From positions 128,032,001 to 128,096,000 of the forward strand of contig NC_086097.1 of NCBI RefSeq assembly GCF_963921235.1: a stretch of 64,000 nucleotides of DNA. Reading direction: 5' to 3'. Numbering within the stretch: position 1 is the stretch's first letter; each line of letters starts with the position of its first letter. Origin of the DNA: Mobula hypostoma. Its lineage: Eukaryota. Under the pieces are notes generated by a model that was not told where the DNA came from, made no database searches, and saw nothing but the letters and a program-made list of their open reading frames with translations. The translations under genes and the position numbers were made by a program. Positions 1 to 12,995 of this stretch are shown in pieces.

Positions 1-275
1 TAACATAAAAACAGGCCCTTTAGTCCAATTGGTATGCTGGTCAGGTTGCCTACCTGGGCTATTCCCATTCGCCTGCATATTGCTCACATTCCTAAAAGCC
101 ATTCCTATCCATGAAACTGCACAAATTCTTTATAAAAATTACAATTTTATCAGCCTTTATCACCTCCTCTGGCAGGTTGAACCATATAACCACTATCCTT
201 CTGTGTGGAAAAACCTGGCCCTCAGGTTCCCTTTATAAATTTTTCCCTCTCACCTTAAACCTTTGCCCTTTGGGT
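1..275 (-). mobile_element. CR1 LINE 3' fragment
   Basis: Reverse complement resembles the CR1 ORF2 C-terminus (cctctcaccttaaacct...) plus 3' UTR, like the other CR1 copies in the window. Confidence 0.7.
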
Positions 276-639
276 TTCAGCTCCTTTGAGCTCAATTTTA
301 TGCCCATCTTGAACCAGGAAATATTCATGTGTGCAACATTATTTCTGCTTTGGAGATAGCAATCAAAAGCCAGAAATAAGAAATAATAAAATTAGTCATC
401 CTCGTGCATTATTAATATGTCTGAATTTCCTCACAAGGGATTTCTGCCTCATCATGGCAGCATGACTTCAATTTAGCATTATGCTGAATTGATGATGTGA
501 TAAGATAACTAATTTGATAGATAACTATTTGGAATTCTTTGAGTATTTCCAATAGATCTTTTCCAAGTTATTTGGGAAGGAGAAACTCTCTTGACATCAT
601 GTTCTTAGTGCAATTAGTCATTTCATATGAGCTTGTTGG

Positions 640-1160
640 TGGAGAGTTAACCTGCTTATCTAGTGACAGCATGGAAGACCAGAGAGAGACAGAGAGCAAA
701 ACTATATGTTCTAAACTTGACATGTCACCAAGTATCAGTGATTTATGACAGCTTGCAAACATTCAAACAATATTTCAGCTTAATCTCTCTGCATCTCTGG
801 TTCTTAACAGAGTAAGTTCATAAACAGTGTGAGAGTGTTCAGATCCAGATGTTGTGGTCCACATTGATATGAGGTAGAAAGAACAAGCTTATGCTAGGCA
901 AATCACAAAGAGGTGAAAAAGCAGGATCGTACGTTATTTCAGAACTATTCCCAGTACCACATGCCAACAATTGCAGAATGAGGAGGACAGAGCAAATGAG
1001 TGTATGGCTCGAGAGATGGTGCAAGAGAGAGGTCCTTTCAATTTCTGACACACTGGGACTATTTCAGAGATGGGACGTCCTACTCAAGTTGAACTAGTTA
1101 CTCTTCAACAGCACTGGTCCAATATCCTCACAAGGGTGTTTGAGAGTGCTTTTGGGAAAG
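640..1160 (+). pseudogene. Decayed CR1 ORF1 (SGNH esterase-like) fragment
   Basis: ORF 891-1097 VISELFPVPHAN...WLERWCKRE resembles the VISGLLPVPRA...WLERWCRREG block of CR1 ORF1; frameshifted. Confidence 0.6.
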
Positions 1161-1424
1161 GTTTTAAGTAGATTGCAAGGACACAGGAACCAGGGAGAGA
1201 AAAAGAGCTGGAAGTGGAAGTTAGAAATGTAGTAAAACAAACAAAACCAGTAAGTGGAGTCAGAGTGTGGAAAATGGTAAAAATCCAAATTTAAGGGCCT
1301 TTTACAACAATGGCATCCACTAATCATGTGGCAACTTGTAAAGAACAATCCTTTTGACAGCTCCAATCTAGTTCATTACTGCCCAAGAATGCATCTTATC
1401 AGGATTTATTACGGCTTGTTGCCC

Positions 1425-1800
1425 CTGACTGCAAACAACTGCAGAGAGTTATGGACACAGCTCAGCACATACAGAAACCAACCTTTCCTCCATGGACTCT
1501 GTCTGTACTTCTTGCTGCCTCAGCAAAACAGCCAGCATAATCAATGATCTAATCCATATTGGAGATCCTTCCTTATCCCTTCTCCCATTGGGGAGAAGAT
1601 ACAAAAGCCCAAAATCCTAAGCCACCAGGCTCAAGAACAGATTCTACACTGTTGTAACACTATTGAATAGATCCTTGGTATGATAAGATAGACTCTTGAC
1701 TTCACAATCTACTCATTTTGACTTGGACCTTATTATCTGCTTACACTACAATTTCTCTGTAGCTGATAAACTTCGTTCTGCATTCTGTTGTTTTAAACTT
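1425..1800 (+). mobile_element. Rex1/Babar-type LINE 3' fragment
   Basis: Decayed LQRV..TAQ / LLPxGRRY..S / RL.NSF C-terminal block, as in the 30405-31597 copy. Confidence 0.65.
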
Positions 1801-2049
1801 CTACTACCTCAATGTACTGTGTAAGGAATTGATTTGTAAGAAAGCTTTTCTCTGTGCATTGGAACAATCAGCAATAGTAAACCAATTCCAATTCCAATCT
1901 TCAGCAACATCGTTGAAGTTGTCATTGACAGTACAATCCAGTGGCACTTACTCACCTATATCATGCTCACCAAAGAGCTGCACTCCAGAGTTGAGGCCTG
2001 TTGCCCTATCTACACTAACATCTATACTCACGTTATTCTACAGATACGA

Positions 2050-2400
2050 TACAGACGTGCATCAGGGAGGAGGCTAAGTAGCATCCATGCCAGGACCACC
2101 AGACTCCAAAACAGTTACTTCCCCAGGCAGTAAGGTTGATCAACACCTCTGCTCACTAACCCAGCTCTCCACACCCCTAACCACTACTATTTTACCATTT
2201 CCTGTCAGCTACCTTATGTGCAGACACTTCTGAGCCTAGTGTATGGACATACATTTGATTTATGTATACGTTATCTTACATATTTATATTTATTATGTTT
2301 TTTAAATTATTATTGTGTCTTTATCTTATTCTGTGTTTTTTGTGCTGCATCATCCATTAATCTAAACATTCATTCCCTCCACCATCTCTACACAGTGACT
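2050..2400 (+). mobile_element. Rex1/Babar-type LINE 3' end
   Basis: catcagggaggaggc...accaccagactccaaaacagttacttcccc followed by an AT-rich tail. Confidence 0.55.
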
Positions 2401-2429
2401 GCAGAATGGACTGCAATGATTACTTAGCT

Positions 2430-2700
2430 AGGCAAATCCAACCACACCGCACAACCTCTTCCCTATGGACAAGAGCAGCTGGCGAATGGGATCGCCACCA
2501 CATCCCAGTTCTCCTCCAAAGCGCATGCCATCTTGACTTGGAAGTCTGGCACTGTTCATTCATTGTCATTGGCTGGGGAGCTCCATGCCAAGAGCAAGGA
2601 GGCTTCAGAAATTGACTCAGCACCATCTTCTCATTAGTTATGAGGGATGGGCAATAAATGCTGGATTTGTGCATAACATTCAGATCCTGGATAACAAATA
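2430..2700 (+). mobile_element. Old CR1/L2-like LINE 3' end
   Basis: caccatcttctc...agggatgggcaataaatgctgg terminal motif; a related remnant lies at about 12690-12770. Confidence 0.45.
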
Positions 2701-3404
2701 TTAATGAACCCCAAAAGGCATTATATTCTTACGCTATTAGGCTATCCATGTCCTTGACTTTGGCTGGAACTGTCTTCAGACACTTGATGATCCAATGGCC
2801 TATTTTGAACTTCAGTTTTAGTTTGCAGAATTTCAGTGCATCTCTCCACCTGTGGTGATCAAGACTCTTAGCTTCTGATCATTGTCTAATTCTGTCTCAT
2901 GATTGCTTTATCTTCTGCAATGTCCAACACCTTATTTGCTGTGCTCGTTATCCTACTGAGCCCTTCTTGTGCAACATGCAGCCCTCACTGATATTCTTTT
3001 CCAGCTGTGTAAACTATAAATAGCATTTGTTTCCCACTGATTCTACTGATTAGGGCTAGAGCTTTATTCATACAACTCCAGAAATAAACAAAGTTACACA
3101 GATAAAAATGTCATGAACAGATTGGTGACCAACTTTATGCTGGTTGTTAATAGAACATTGACTTCTGGAGGGAGAGCATTGTTCCTCTGTCATCTAGCTT
3201 GTCCACAAGACTTCAATAGTAGTATATTGTTCAAAATTCATTGTTGATTCACTCTGGCCTGAATCACAACTAGTATTGCCCATTGTTTGTGAAATTTGTT
3301 GTTTTTTTTGTCAGTAGTACAGTGCACAGACATAAAATTACTTTAAATTACAAATTAAATGGATAGTGTAAATATAAAGTATAATGAGGTAGTGTTCATA
3401 GGTT

Positions 3405-4090
3405 TTAGATTAGATTATGAGGACACTCAGTCCTCGTTTATTGTCATTTAGAAATGCATGGATGCATTAAGAAATGATACAATGTTCCTCCAGAGTGATA
3501 TCACAAAAAAAACAGGACATACTGAAGACTAACACTGACAAGACCACATAATTATAACATATAGTTACAGTAGTGCAAAGCAATACCATAATTTGATAAA
3601 GAGCAGACCATGGGAATGGTAAAAAAAAAGTCTCAAGGTTCCGATGGTCTCCCGATAGTCCCCGATAGCATGCAGAAGAAGGGAGAAACTCTCTCTGCCA
3701 TAAACCTCCAGGCATCGACAACTGTCGATGCATTGGAAGCACCTGACCCCAGCCGACTCTGAGTCCGTCCAAAAACTTCGAGCCTCCGACCAGCCCTTCG
3801 ACACCGAGCACCGAGCGCCATCTCTGCTGAGCGCCTTGACCCCGTCCCGGCTGCCGAGCAACAAGCAAAGCCAAGGATTCGGGGCCTTTCCCTCCGGAGA
3901 TTCAGGATCACATGGTAACAGTGGCAGCAAAGCGGGCATTTCAGAAGTTTCTCCAGATGTTCTTCCATTCTCTCACATCTGCCTCCATCAAATCAGAATT
4001 GTGCACGGCACCCTACTTGACAGATTACAGATACCATTCACCGGAATGGCTGTGCAGGCTGCGTCACGCCACCATCTTCTCCTCCTCCTT
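3405..4090 (-). mobile_element. ~680-bp non-autonomous retroposon (SINE-like), copy 1
   Basis: Colinear end to end with 9993-10676. Element sense begins near AAGATGGTGG and ends aatgacaataaa...(TCTAA)n. Confidence 0.85.
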
Positions 4091-4160
4091 GGGAAGATTG
4101 GGAAGGCTTATGGGGCATTCAGAAATTGGATTGCAAAGGGAAGATACAGTTCCTAAAATG

Positions 4161-4186
4161 GTGTGTGTGTGTGTGTGTGTGTGTGT
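4161..4186. repeat. (GT)n microsatellite
   Basis: Pure GT run inside the Rex1 fragment. Confidence 0.95.
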
Positions 4187-4929
4187 TCAGGCTCCTGTAC
4201 CTACAGTACCTCCTACTTGATGGAAGAGGGCATGATCCTGATGGTGAAGGTCCTTAACAATGGATGCTGCCCTGTTGAGGCACCACCTCTTGAAGATGTC
4301 TCCAATGGTGGGAAGAGTTTTGCCCGTGATGGAGCTGGCTTAGTCTACAGCCTTTTGCAATCCTGTGTGGTGCTTCCATACCAGGCTGTGACATAACCAG
4401 TCAGAATTCTCTCCACTGTACATCTGTAGATATTTGCAAGAGTCTTTGGTGACTCTTTGGTGATACCAAAATCTTCTCCAACCTCTTAATGAAGTAGAGC
4501 CACTGGCATGCATTCCTCATAATTACATCAATGTGTTGGCTTCAGGACTGAGCCTCTGAGATGCTGACAGCCAGGAAATTAAAGTTCCTCATTCCTTCCA
4601 CCGCTGACCCCTCGTTGAGGACTGGTGCATGATTTCTGCGCTTCCCCTTCCTGAAGTCCACAATCAATTTCTTGGTCTTGCTGACTTTGAGTGTGAGGTA
4701 ACTGTGATACCACTCAACCAGCTGATCTATCTCACTCCTGCTTGTCTATGTATCACCATCCGAGATTTTACCAAAAACAGTGATGTCATCTGTGAAATTA
4801 GCGTGACGTTTGAGCTGTGATTAACTACACAGTGATGAATGTAGAAAGAGTAGAGCATTGGGTTAAGCACACATCCTTGAGGTGGGAGGATAAGTGAAGA
4901 GGTTTTCTCCGGTTGCATTTATTTTTCTG

Positions 4930-5515
4930 AGGCTTCTGTTGGTCAGGGTCAACCATGGATGTTGTACCTTGTCTGTCTAGATACAAAAGGGCGGGGCAGG
5001 TCAATATGGAGAGCAAGCTGTTGCCCATGTAGCAACCTCCCTCTCTCCACGCATCTGATGAATCCAAAGGAATGGCAGAGACCCATACAGTTTAGTACCA
5101 GCAGCATCGCAGGAGTTGCCAGTCAGCATTGAGCTCAATGTAGGACTGCCTTAGGGACTTACGGTCTGGATTTTTCCCTCGGGGTTTACTCCTGAAGCCT
5201 TCTACTTGAGTGGGTATAGCCGCAAGACAGCAGAGGTTTGAGATCAGAGTTTTCCTTCTCCTAGATGAGCTGCCAACCACGGCTGGTGAGCCCATCTGCC
5301 CGAAGTGACTGATTTAAGGTGCTGGTAACCTACTTTTGCCTCTTCTCCTGTCAGCAAAAATGGTTCCACTGGGCTTAGTGGTTAAGCCGCACATGAAGGC
5401 CAGGAACTGGACTTGGTTGTCAATTTGAGGTGCACGCCATTGTAAGCATTCAATAAGTAGTGGGAGGTTGCCCCGTTTCCCCCTGACTGTCTATAACAAA
5501 CTTAAGGAACCAGTT
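4930..5515 (-). mobile_element. RTE-related non-autonomous element or RTE 5' UTR fragment
   Basis: Minus strand has ggcagctcatctaggagaaggaaaactctgatctcaaacc, which resembles the conserved RTE-clade 5' UTR motif; no ORF. Confidence 0.55.
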
Positions 5516-5639
5516 GCATTTATTAACAGCCAATATTCCGGCATGTTTTACTCCATTTCTGAAATTCAATATCTTCATTAGGATCATGTTTAACCCCTCA
5601 TAAACCTCCACTTCAGTTAGTCACAGATGGGATCTCTGT

Positions 5640-5765
5640 TACTTCCTGTGCTTTTTCCTTCTTTCTCTCCCTGTCTCGTTCTCTCTCCCCTTATTTTTCT
5701 TCTTGTATCTCTTTCTTTAACTTCTCTTTCTCCCCCCCTCTTCTCCCTCCTTCTTTCTTGTTTTG
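5640..5765. repeat. CT-rich low-complexity tract
   Basis: Pyrimidine-rich run; explains the spurious L/S/F/P-rich ORF 5627-5821. Confidence 0.8.
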
Positions 5766-7504
5766 TTTGCCCCAAAGTAATCTTGGTTACAATTGTTGAA
5801 GAGCTGAACTTGCTTGTCTGAGGTCTAATTATTTAATAAGACCTGTCTAAAATTAATCTATTAACAAATAGGACTATCTTAGATGGACATCTTTGTCAGT
5901 ATGGACCAGATGGCCTGGTTCTGTGCTGTCAGATTCCAACACCGCATGTCGGGAAGAGTGTAAAGTTTCTTCTTCTAATCTCAAGGTGTTAATGATTTTT
6001 ATATTAATATAGCCCAGCATTGCTTTAGTGACAGCATAAGAAATATCACTGAATTTATTAGGTTTTACTATTATCAGAACAACAATTTAAGTTAGCATAG
6101 TATAACACAACTCTTATATCAGTTGATATACATCTGAACTGCACAGGCCACAAGGCACAGCAATCAAAGCAGATGAACAAGTCAAAACTACTAGTCTAAA
6201 ATGAGCCAATGAAATCTGTACATTAACAATTATACAGATCTGATCTATGTAAAACCAATGTGAATAAGTAAAAAAAAAATCCTCAAAGGCAGCTACAAAC
6301 CCTAGAGTTCTGTCTGGCCATGCTAAAGTTAAATCATCTGTACAAGCTGTTTTCAATAAACTATTAACTGCATTTAAAGGGTGGACTATTATATTACAAA
6401 GCCCAGAAGGATTTGGGGCTTTCAATACTCCAAGTTAATAGGTTAATGTCTTTGGTAAGGCTGCAATAGCACAGGTATCATAGAATGCAGAATACTAACA
6501 GATGACATAAAGAAATGTGCGTGGGGAGTCTATGTGACTGTGACAGAGACAGAGCTGAGTAAAACCTAATAAACTGAATAAAATAAAGCTCACATCTAAA
6601 ACCATTTATAGGACAATTCAATTATTTTAATAATAATAAAATATATATATCAAATTTGCATTTATAAATATTAATATGTTTAAATATTTTATATAGATAT
6701 AAAGTTATAGGCATTAACATATATATAGACACAATTTTACACTGCTATTTTATCCATTACATTATTGTTTTATAAAGAATAGTCACTTGTTGTGTAAAAT
6801 GTGTGTGCATCAATGTACCTGTACATGTATTGATTTTCACGGAGAAGCTTGTTTATTTTGTAAGACTCCTTACCAAAGTGTCAGAATTGACAAAGAACCA
6901 TTCTTGACATGGAGGGTTGCAAATTATCCCTCAGTGTAGAATCCAACATTAGCCATATCCAAGTAAGTGTGCATTGTAAAGGATATATCCATTGCCTGTG
7001 GAATAGTCACTGAGAGGTTGCTGCTCTGTTACAGTACCAAAAGATGGAATTAAGTATTTATGATACAACAACAAAAAACTTAAATTCCGTCCGATGCTTG
7101 TGATACCACTGGAGACATTAACTTTTCCTGTTCCTAATTCATGACACTTGCCTAAAGGTTTGGACTTTTGTAAATTACAGTCAGCCTGTGGCTCCCTTGT
7201 CCAAGTATCTGACTATCATGTGTGATCCTAATCTGAAGGGCCTAATAACCAGTAGCCTATTTATCCTCAACCCTTCACCTCTCAAGCATTACATACTTCC
7301 CAAGACAGATCCCCAAGGACAGAAGCAAGAACATTCGTGTTGGATTCCTTCTCCTCTACATTATGGCTCTAAATGCAAATGTATTCTCCAAATTTCCGGA
7401 GATTAAGTAGTTAAAAAAAATGATGGGCAGAGGTAACTAACAATGGGTGTGATCAATGTCCTGGACGATATCTATCCTGAAATAAACATCTCTAAAAAAG
7501 AAAG

Positions 7505-7650
7505 ATGACCAAATTGCTATTTGTGGGAACTTGCTGTGTACAAATTGCTGCCACATTTACTAGATCCTGAAAGTACTTCTTTGAAGCGATGAGATGAGAG
7601 CCGTCATGAGAACTTGAAGGGCAGTAAAAAAAATGTAAGTCTGCTCTTCA
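7505..7650 (+). mobile_element. DeuSINE-like (SacSINE1/AmnSINE-type) 3' fragment
   Basis: ttgctatttgtgggaacttgctgtgtacaaattgctgcc resembles the Deu-domain core. Confidence 0.5.
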
Positions 7651-8599
7651 TTAACTACGTTGATCAACAGTTCAACTCACGTAACCATCTGAGAAGTCAA
7701 ACTTTCACATTTCAAAGAATCATCAAAATAAGTGAGGAAATAATGCACCATAAAAAATAGACCAAATGTTCAGATTTTTACTTGCCTCTTCTGGTCGCAG
7801 TGTATTGGGCCCTGTTTTTTTTTTCAGGCCAGATAAACCTATTTTTCCACTTAGATTTGCATTGTAAAAGGGATCAATATCACCAAGTTTAATTCATAAC
7901 ACCCAGGCCTTATTTGGTTCAGGATCATAAGACCTCAATGGTGAAGCCATTTCAGGCTTTCCAGACTTCACTACAAAACCTCTGTGTAAGCAATGTGTTT
8001 CATTCAATACTCAGGAAGTTAAACTTGTCTCCTTCTGCCCCAACTCACTATCTCACAGTTCCCCCTCCAAGGAAACCATGCCCACTGCTGAATACCTCCC
8101 AGCTGAAGTAAAATCAAAGGCCAATTCTTCATGAGAGAAGAGTGCTTGATATCAGAATATCTTTTTTATTGTTTGTAATCTTACAAATACATGGTCCAGC
8201 ATTAACATCCAAGATGTGGAAAAAGTTGCAGATAAATGTATGCATTAAATATACAGAGTCATGCACACTATATGAAAGTCTGAAGATAAAGCATATTTGA
8301 TCACTTGTGATTTTTCCACAAAAAGGAGGCAAACCCAAAGATATATGATTCTCTGAGACTAATATTTGATACAAGTCTGAAGGAGATTCTCAGGACTAAA
8401 GAAATTTATGCAAATATCTATACAGGCACTCCCTAGGTCACAAATGCCCAACTTATGTATATCCATACAAATGAATGAGCACCTTGGAGATGGTTGGGAT
8501 GGATAGGGGTGGATTTGTCAGCTGCTGTGGGGCAGAAGGCATCTCCTGCCAGGTGGGAATAGGCCATTTCTATCTGCCTTCTCTTCCCACCGCATGACT

Positions 8600-8760
8600 C
8601 CACACCACAAACCCCAGCCTCTCCCGAGCCGTGGCAACTGGCGGCTGGGCTGAGCCCAGTGGAGCTCACAGCACTGAGCTGATTCACGCACTCAGTGAGT
8701 TACTGAGCCTGATTGGCGGTGGCTCTTTTGCCGCCTGAATGTTCTGCTGTCACGGCTGTT
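8600..8760 (+). promoter_or_regulatory. Candidate promoter: locally GC/CpG-richer unique segment
   Basis: Inverted CCAAT box CTGATTGG at 8709-8716 and RFX-like half site GTGGCAAC at 8631-8638, about 270 bp upstream of the candidate exon. Confidence 0.35.
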
Positions 8761-8987
8761 CCTGTGTTTCTTTCCTACACATCTCTGACTTACAAAAAAA
8801 CTCAGTTTCTCAGGAATAGAACCTGGGAATTGCCTGTTTGTGCTTGAATCTGACATTTGCACAGAAGCTGTGCTGTCATGCATTGTGTAGCTGAGGGATA
8901 TTTGAAGGAGATTTCAGCCTGATTATTGATTCTTCTGATTTTGACATCTTTGAATTTTGAAAGATCTGATGTGAAACACTCTTTAGG

Positions 8988-9039
8988 ATGTATGCAAACT
9001 TCCTGCTCATCCTTCTACTTGACTGGTGCAATGTACTCA
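8988..9039 (+). CDS. Candidate first coding exon encoding a signal peptide (MYANFLLILLLDWCNVL plus 1 nt, phase-1 intron)
   Basis: aggATG with A at -3, hydrophobic FLLILLL core, and consensus donor CA|GTAAGT at 9040. Lies in non-repeat DNA. No matching downstream exon identified. Confidence 0.45.
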
Positions 9040-9183
9040 GTAAGTTGGAATTGGTCATCAATGTATATGCAGAGTAACATTTTATTTTGTCTCACGTAAA
9101 CTCCAACTAATAGATGTTAAAGTGGGAATAAATGTCAAAAATGAAAATTGTGAAAATGACAATATCCAAGCTTCCAGAAATTC

Positions 9184-10815
9184 CATAAGACCATAAGATA
9201 CAGGAGTAGAAGTAGGACATTCGGCCCATCGAGTCAGCTCCACCATTCAATCACGGCTGATCCAATTCTTCCAGCCATCCCCACTCCCCTGCCTTCTCCC
9301 CATACCCTTTGATGCCCAAGAACCTATCTATCTCTGCCTTAAATGCACCCAATGACTTGGCCTCCACAGCTGCTCGTGGCAACAAATTCCACAGATTTAC
9401 CACCCTCTGACTAAAGTAGTTTCTCTGCGTCTGTCCGAAATGGATGTCCTTCAATCCTGAAGTTGTGCCCTCTTGTCCTAGGCTCCCCTACCATGGGAAA
9501 TGACTTTGCCATATCTAATCTGTTCAGACCTCTTAACATTCAGAATGTTTCTACGAGATCTCCCCTCATTCTCCTGAACTCCAGGCAATACAGCCCAAGA
9601 GCTGCCAGACGTTCCTCATATGGCAAACCTTTCATACCTGGAATCATTCTCGTGAATCTTCCCTGAACCCTCTCCAATGTCAGTACATTCTTTCTAAAAT
9701 AAGGAGCCCAAAACTGCACACAATACTCCAAGTGAGGTCTCACAAGTGTCTTACAGAGCCTCAATATCACATCTCTGTTCTTATCTTCTATATCTCTAGA
9801 AATGAATGCCAACATTGCATTCTCCTTCTTCACCACTGACTCAACCTGGAGGTTAACCTCTAGGGTATCCTGCACAAGGACTCCAAAGTCCCTTTGCATC
9901 TCTGCATTGTGAATTCTCTCCCCATCTAAATAATAGTCTGCCCTTTTACTTCTTCCACTGAAGTGCATAACCATACACTTTCCAACATTGTATTAGATTA
10001 GATTATGAGAACATTCAGTCCCCATTTATTGTCATTTAGAAATGCATGCATGCATTAAGAAATGATACAATATTCCTCCAGAGTGATATCACAGAAAAAC
10101 AGGACAAACCAAAGACTAAAACTGACAGAACCACATGATTATAACAAATATTTACAGCAGTGCAAAGCAATACCATAATTTGATAAAGAACAGACCATGG
10201 GCACGGTAAAATAAAAGTCTCAAAGTCCCCAGTCGATCGACTCCTGAGCCCCCGATAGCAGGCGGCAAGGGGAGAAACTCCCTGCCATAAACCTCCAGGA
10301 ACCGACAACTGCCGATGCATCGGAAGCACCCGACAATAGCCGACACTGAGTTCGTCCATCCAAAAAATTCGAGCCTCCGACCAGCCCCTCTGATACAGCC
10401 TCTCTAGCGCCATCCTCTGCCGAGCACCTTCGACCTTGTCCCGGCCGCCAAAACAAGCAAAGCCGAGGATTCGGGGCCTTCTCCTCCGGAGATTCCAGAC
10501 CACACAGTAGTAGCGGCAGCGAAGCGGGCATTTCAGAAGTTTCTCCAGATGTTCTTCTGTACTCTCATGTCTGTCTCCATCAAATCAGAATTATGCACAG
10601 TCCCCTACTTGACAAATAACAGACATCACCACCGAAGTGGCCACGCGCGCTGCATCTCACCGCCATCTTCTTCCCCGCAATTTCATTTGCCACTTATTTG
10701 CCCATTCCCGTAAACTATCTAAGTCTCTGTGCAGGCTCTCTATTTCCTCAACACTACTTGCTCCTTCATCTATCTTTGTATCATTGGCAAATTTTGCCAC
10801 AAATCTATTAATCTT
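9184..10815 (-). mobile_element. CR1 LINE 3' part, interrupted at 9993-10676
   Basis: ORF 9540-9974 (LVRPHLEYCVQFWAP, RRMRGDL) and a (CATAAGA)-type tail at 9184. Resumes at 10681 with tttcatttgccac. Confidence 0.9.
9993..10676 (-). mobile_element. ~680-bp non-autonomous retroposon, copy 2
   Basis: Homologous to 3405-4090; 5' GGGGAAGAAGATGGCGG and 3' (TCTAA)n. Confidence 0.85.
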
Positions 10816-10962
10816 ATAGTCCAAATCCCGTATGTACTTTTACAGTCAAAACATTTGGAAAGGATTTCAAAGGTATATTCCACATTCTGTCTTTTTTTCT
10901 GTTACTTGGATATGGTACGATATAACTGGATGGCATGCAAACAAATGATTTTCACCGTATCT

Positions 10963-11445
10963 TAGAATCAGAATCAGAATCAGGGGTTTATTTTCACCAG
11001 CATGTGTCGTGAAATTTGTTAACTTAGAGGCAGCAGTTCAATGCAATACATAATCTAGAAGAAAAAAAAATAAAATAATAGTAATCAATCAATCAATCAA
11101 TCAATTACAGTATATGTATATTGAATAGATTAAAAAACGGAAATAATATATATTAAAAAAGTGAGGTAATATTCACGGGTTCAATGTCCATTTAGGAATT
11201 GGATGGCAGAGGGGAAGAAGCTGTTCCTGAATTGCTAAGTGTGCCTTCAGGCTTCTGTACCTCCTATCTGATGGCATCAGTGAGAAAAGGACATGTCCTG
11301 GGTGCTGGAGGTCCTTAATAATGGATGCTACCTTTCTGAGACACCGCTCTCTGAAAATGTCCTGGGTACTTTGTAGGCTAGTACCCAAGATGGTGCTGAC
11401 TAAATTTACAACCCTTGCAGCTTCTTCCAGTCCTGTGCAGTAGCC
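10963..11445 (-). mobile_element. Rex1/Babar-type LINE 3' end
   Basis: ORF 11173-11493 CLRKVASIIKDLQHPGHVLFSLMPSDRRYRSL and an (AGAATC)n tail. Confidence 0.85.
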
Positions 11446-12144
11446 CCAAATAAAATGGAGAATTCCAAAATTTCTAATGACGGAGGGTGTCACTCACCTC
11501 CGTCTGCCAGGTTTCATATGACACCAGGACTTAATTTTGAGTGATGTAGAAGGGGTTTGTACACACATTGGAGATAATAAACCTCAAGGGGAATAGTGCA
11601 TCTATGATCTGACAGAACGTTGAATAATACTGGGTCGACTTGATTCAAGCTACCTAACATTTTCATACTTATTTTTGGTTAATCAGTTGTGAAAAGCATC
11701 AAATTTTATTAGTGAAGCCTTTCTTCCGCATAAAGCATTGTAGATTTCTTTATTGGCGTTTAAAACTCTGCACATTTATCTTTGAAATTCGAGGATAAGC
11801 CACTTAAGATGAACTCTGATAATCTTGAATATTTATTAGCCAACATTTTACCTGTCCTAGCCTATTATTTCAAACATTGTTCTTCTTCTGAAAGGATATT
11901 ACAGATGGCCTAATTTTTTGTTTCCAAATTTCACTGGATGAAACTCTGTAAATTATATCTGACTTCCACTCTGCCAATGATTACATTCCTTAAGTAGTGA
12001 TGTGAGCTTGTATTGGTTGGTAATGTTTTTGTCTCTGAATAAATATATCATGGATTCAAACCACATCAACATAACAAGGAGGGTCAATGCAGGAAGCAGC
12101 TCATTGTTTCTAGGTTGAGGTATTAAACTGACACTTTAAAGAAA

Positions 12145-12995
12145 GGTAAGAAAATAGGACCAGGAGTAGTCCACTCGGCCCCTCAAACTTCCCTCCTATT
12201 AAGTATGATCATGGCTGATCTTCTCAAGCCTCAGCTTCTCTTCTGTATCAGATCCCATAGCTTTCAGTTTTTTATTCCCTCAAAAATTTGTCTACTTATC
12301 TTTTAAAATATATCTCTAAATTCAAATTTGCACTGTGATAGAGAATTCCGAAGATTCACCACCCTCTATGAGAAGAAGGTCCTACACACCTCAATTTTAA
12401 GAAGGTTGTCCCATTATAGGAAGGACGGCGAAGCTTTGGAGAGGGTACAGAAGAAGACTTACTAGGATTCTACCTGGATAAGAGAGGTATGAGCTATACG
12501 GAGAGGCTGGACAAACTTGGGTTGTTTTCTCTGGAGTGACGGCCTGATAGAAATCCCTACCTGACACTGTGTGAGAGGTACACAACAGAAGATTGCATGA
12601 ACATCTTTAAGTTCTATGATAAAGTACTTTTATTTGCTGAAGTAACTTGCTATTCTCCTGTTTCTTACTGACAGATTGAGAGAAGTCAGAATACTACCGC
12701 GTTCTCAATGGCAATTGGAGATGAGCATTAAAAGGTGACCTTACTGAAAATGCCTAGATCCATTATTAAGTTATAAATAGATCCAAGTGCAAAGTTTTTA
12801 GTCTCTCTTCACAAAATAAAACAGTGGTGGAGGCGGATACTATATTGTCTTTTCAGAGATTCCTGGATAGGTACATGCAGCTTAGAAAAATAGAGGACTA
12901 TGGGTAACCCGAGGTAATTTCTACAGTAAATACATGTTTGGCACAGAATTGTGGGCCAAAGGGCCTGTATTGTGCTGTAGGTTTTCTATTTTTCT
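12145..12995. mobile_element. Cluster of short CR1 fragments (minus 12145-12415; plus ~12420-12550 and ~12825-12995)
   Basis: CR1 3' UTR and ORF2 C-terminal motifs in both orientations. Confidence 0.6.

Larger units (their letters stand above)
3285..4885 (-). mobile_element. Rex1/Babar-type LINE fragment, interrupted at 3405-4090
   Basis: Minus strand encodes PQGCVLNPMLYS and other RT C-terminal motifs. The 3' tail (gaggtagtgttcat) continues across the insertion into cattcagaaatt. Confidence 0.75.

Noticed and set aside
3467..4220. Overlapping 100-140-aa ORFs here and at 10036-10531
   Set aside because: Open in several frames on both strands of a GC-rich repeat, and the frames shift between the two copies.
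8625..8720. MHC class II-like X/Y box module
   Set aside because: The X-like and Y motifs are about 70 bp apart rather than about 20, and no MHC exons follow.
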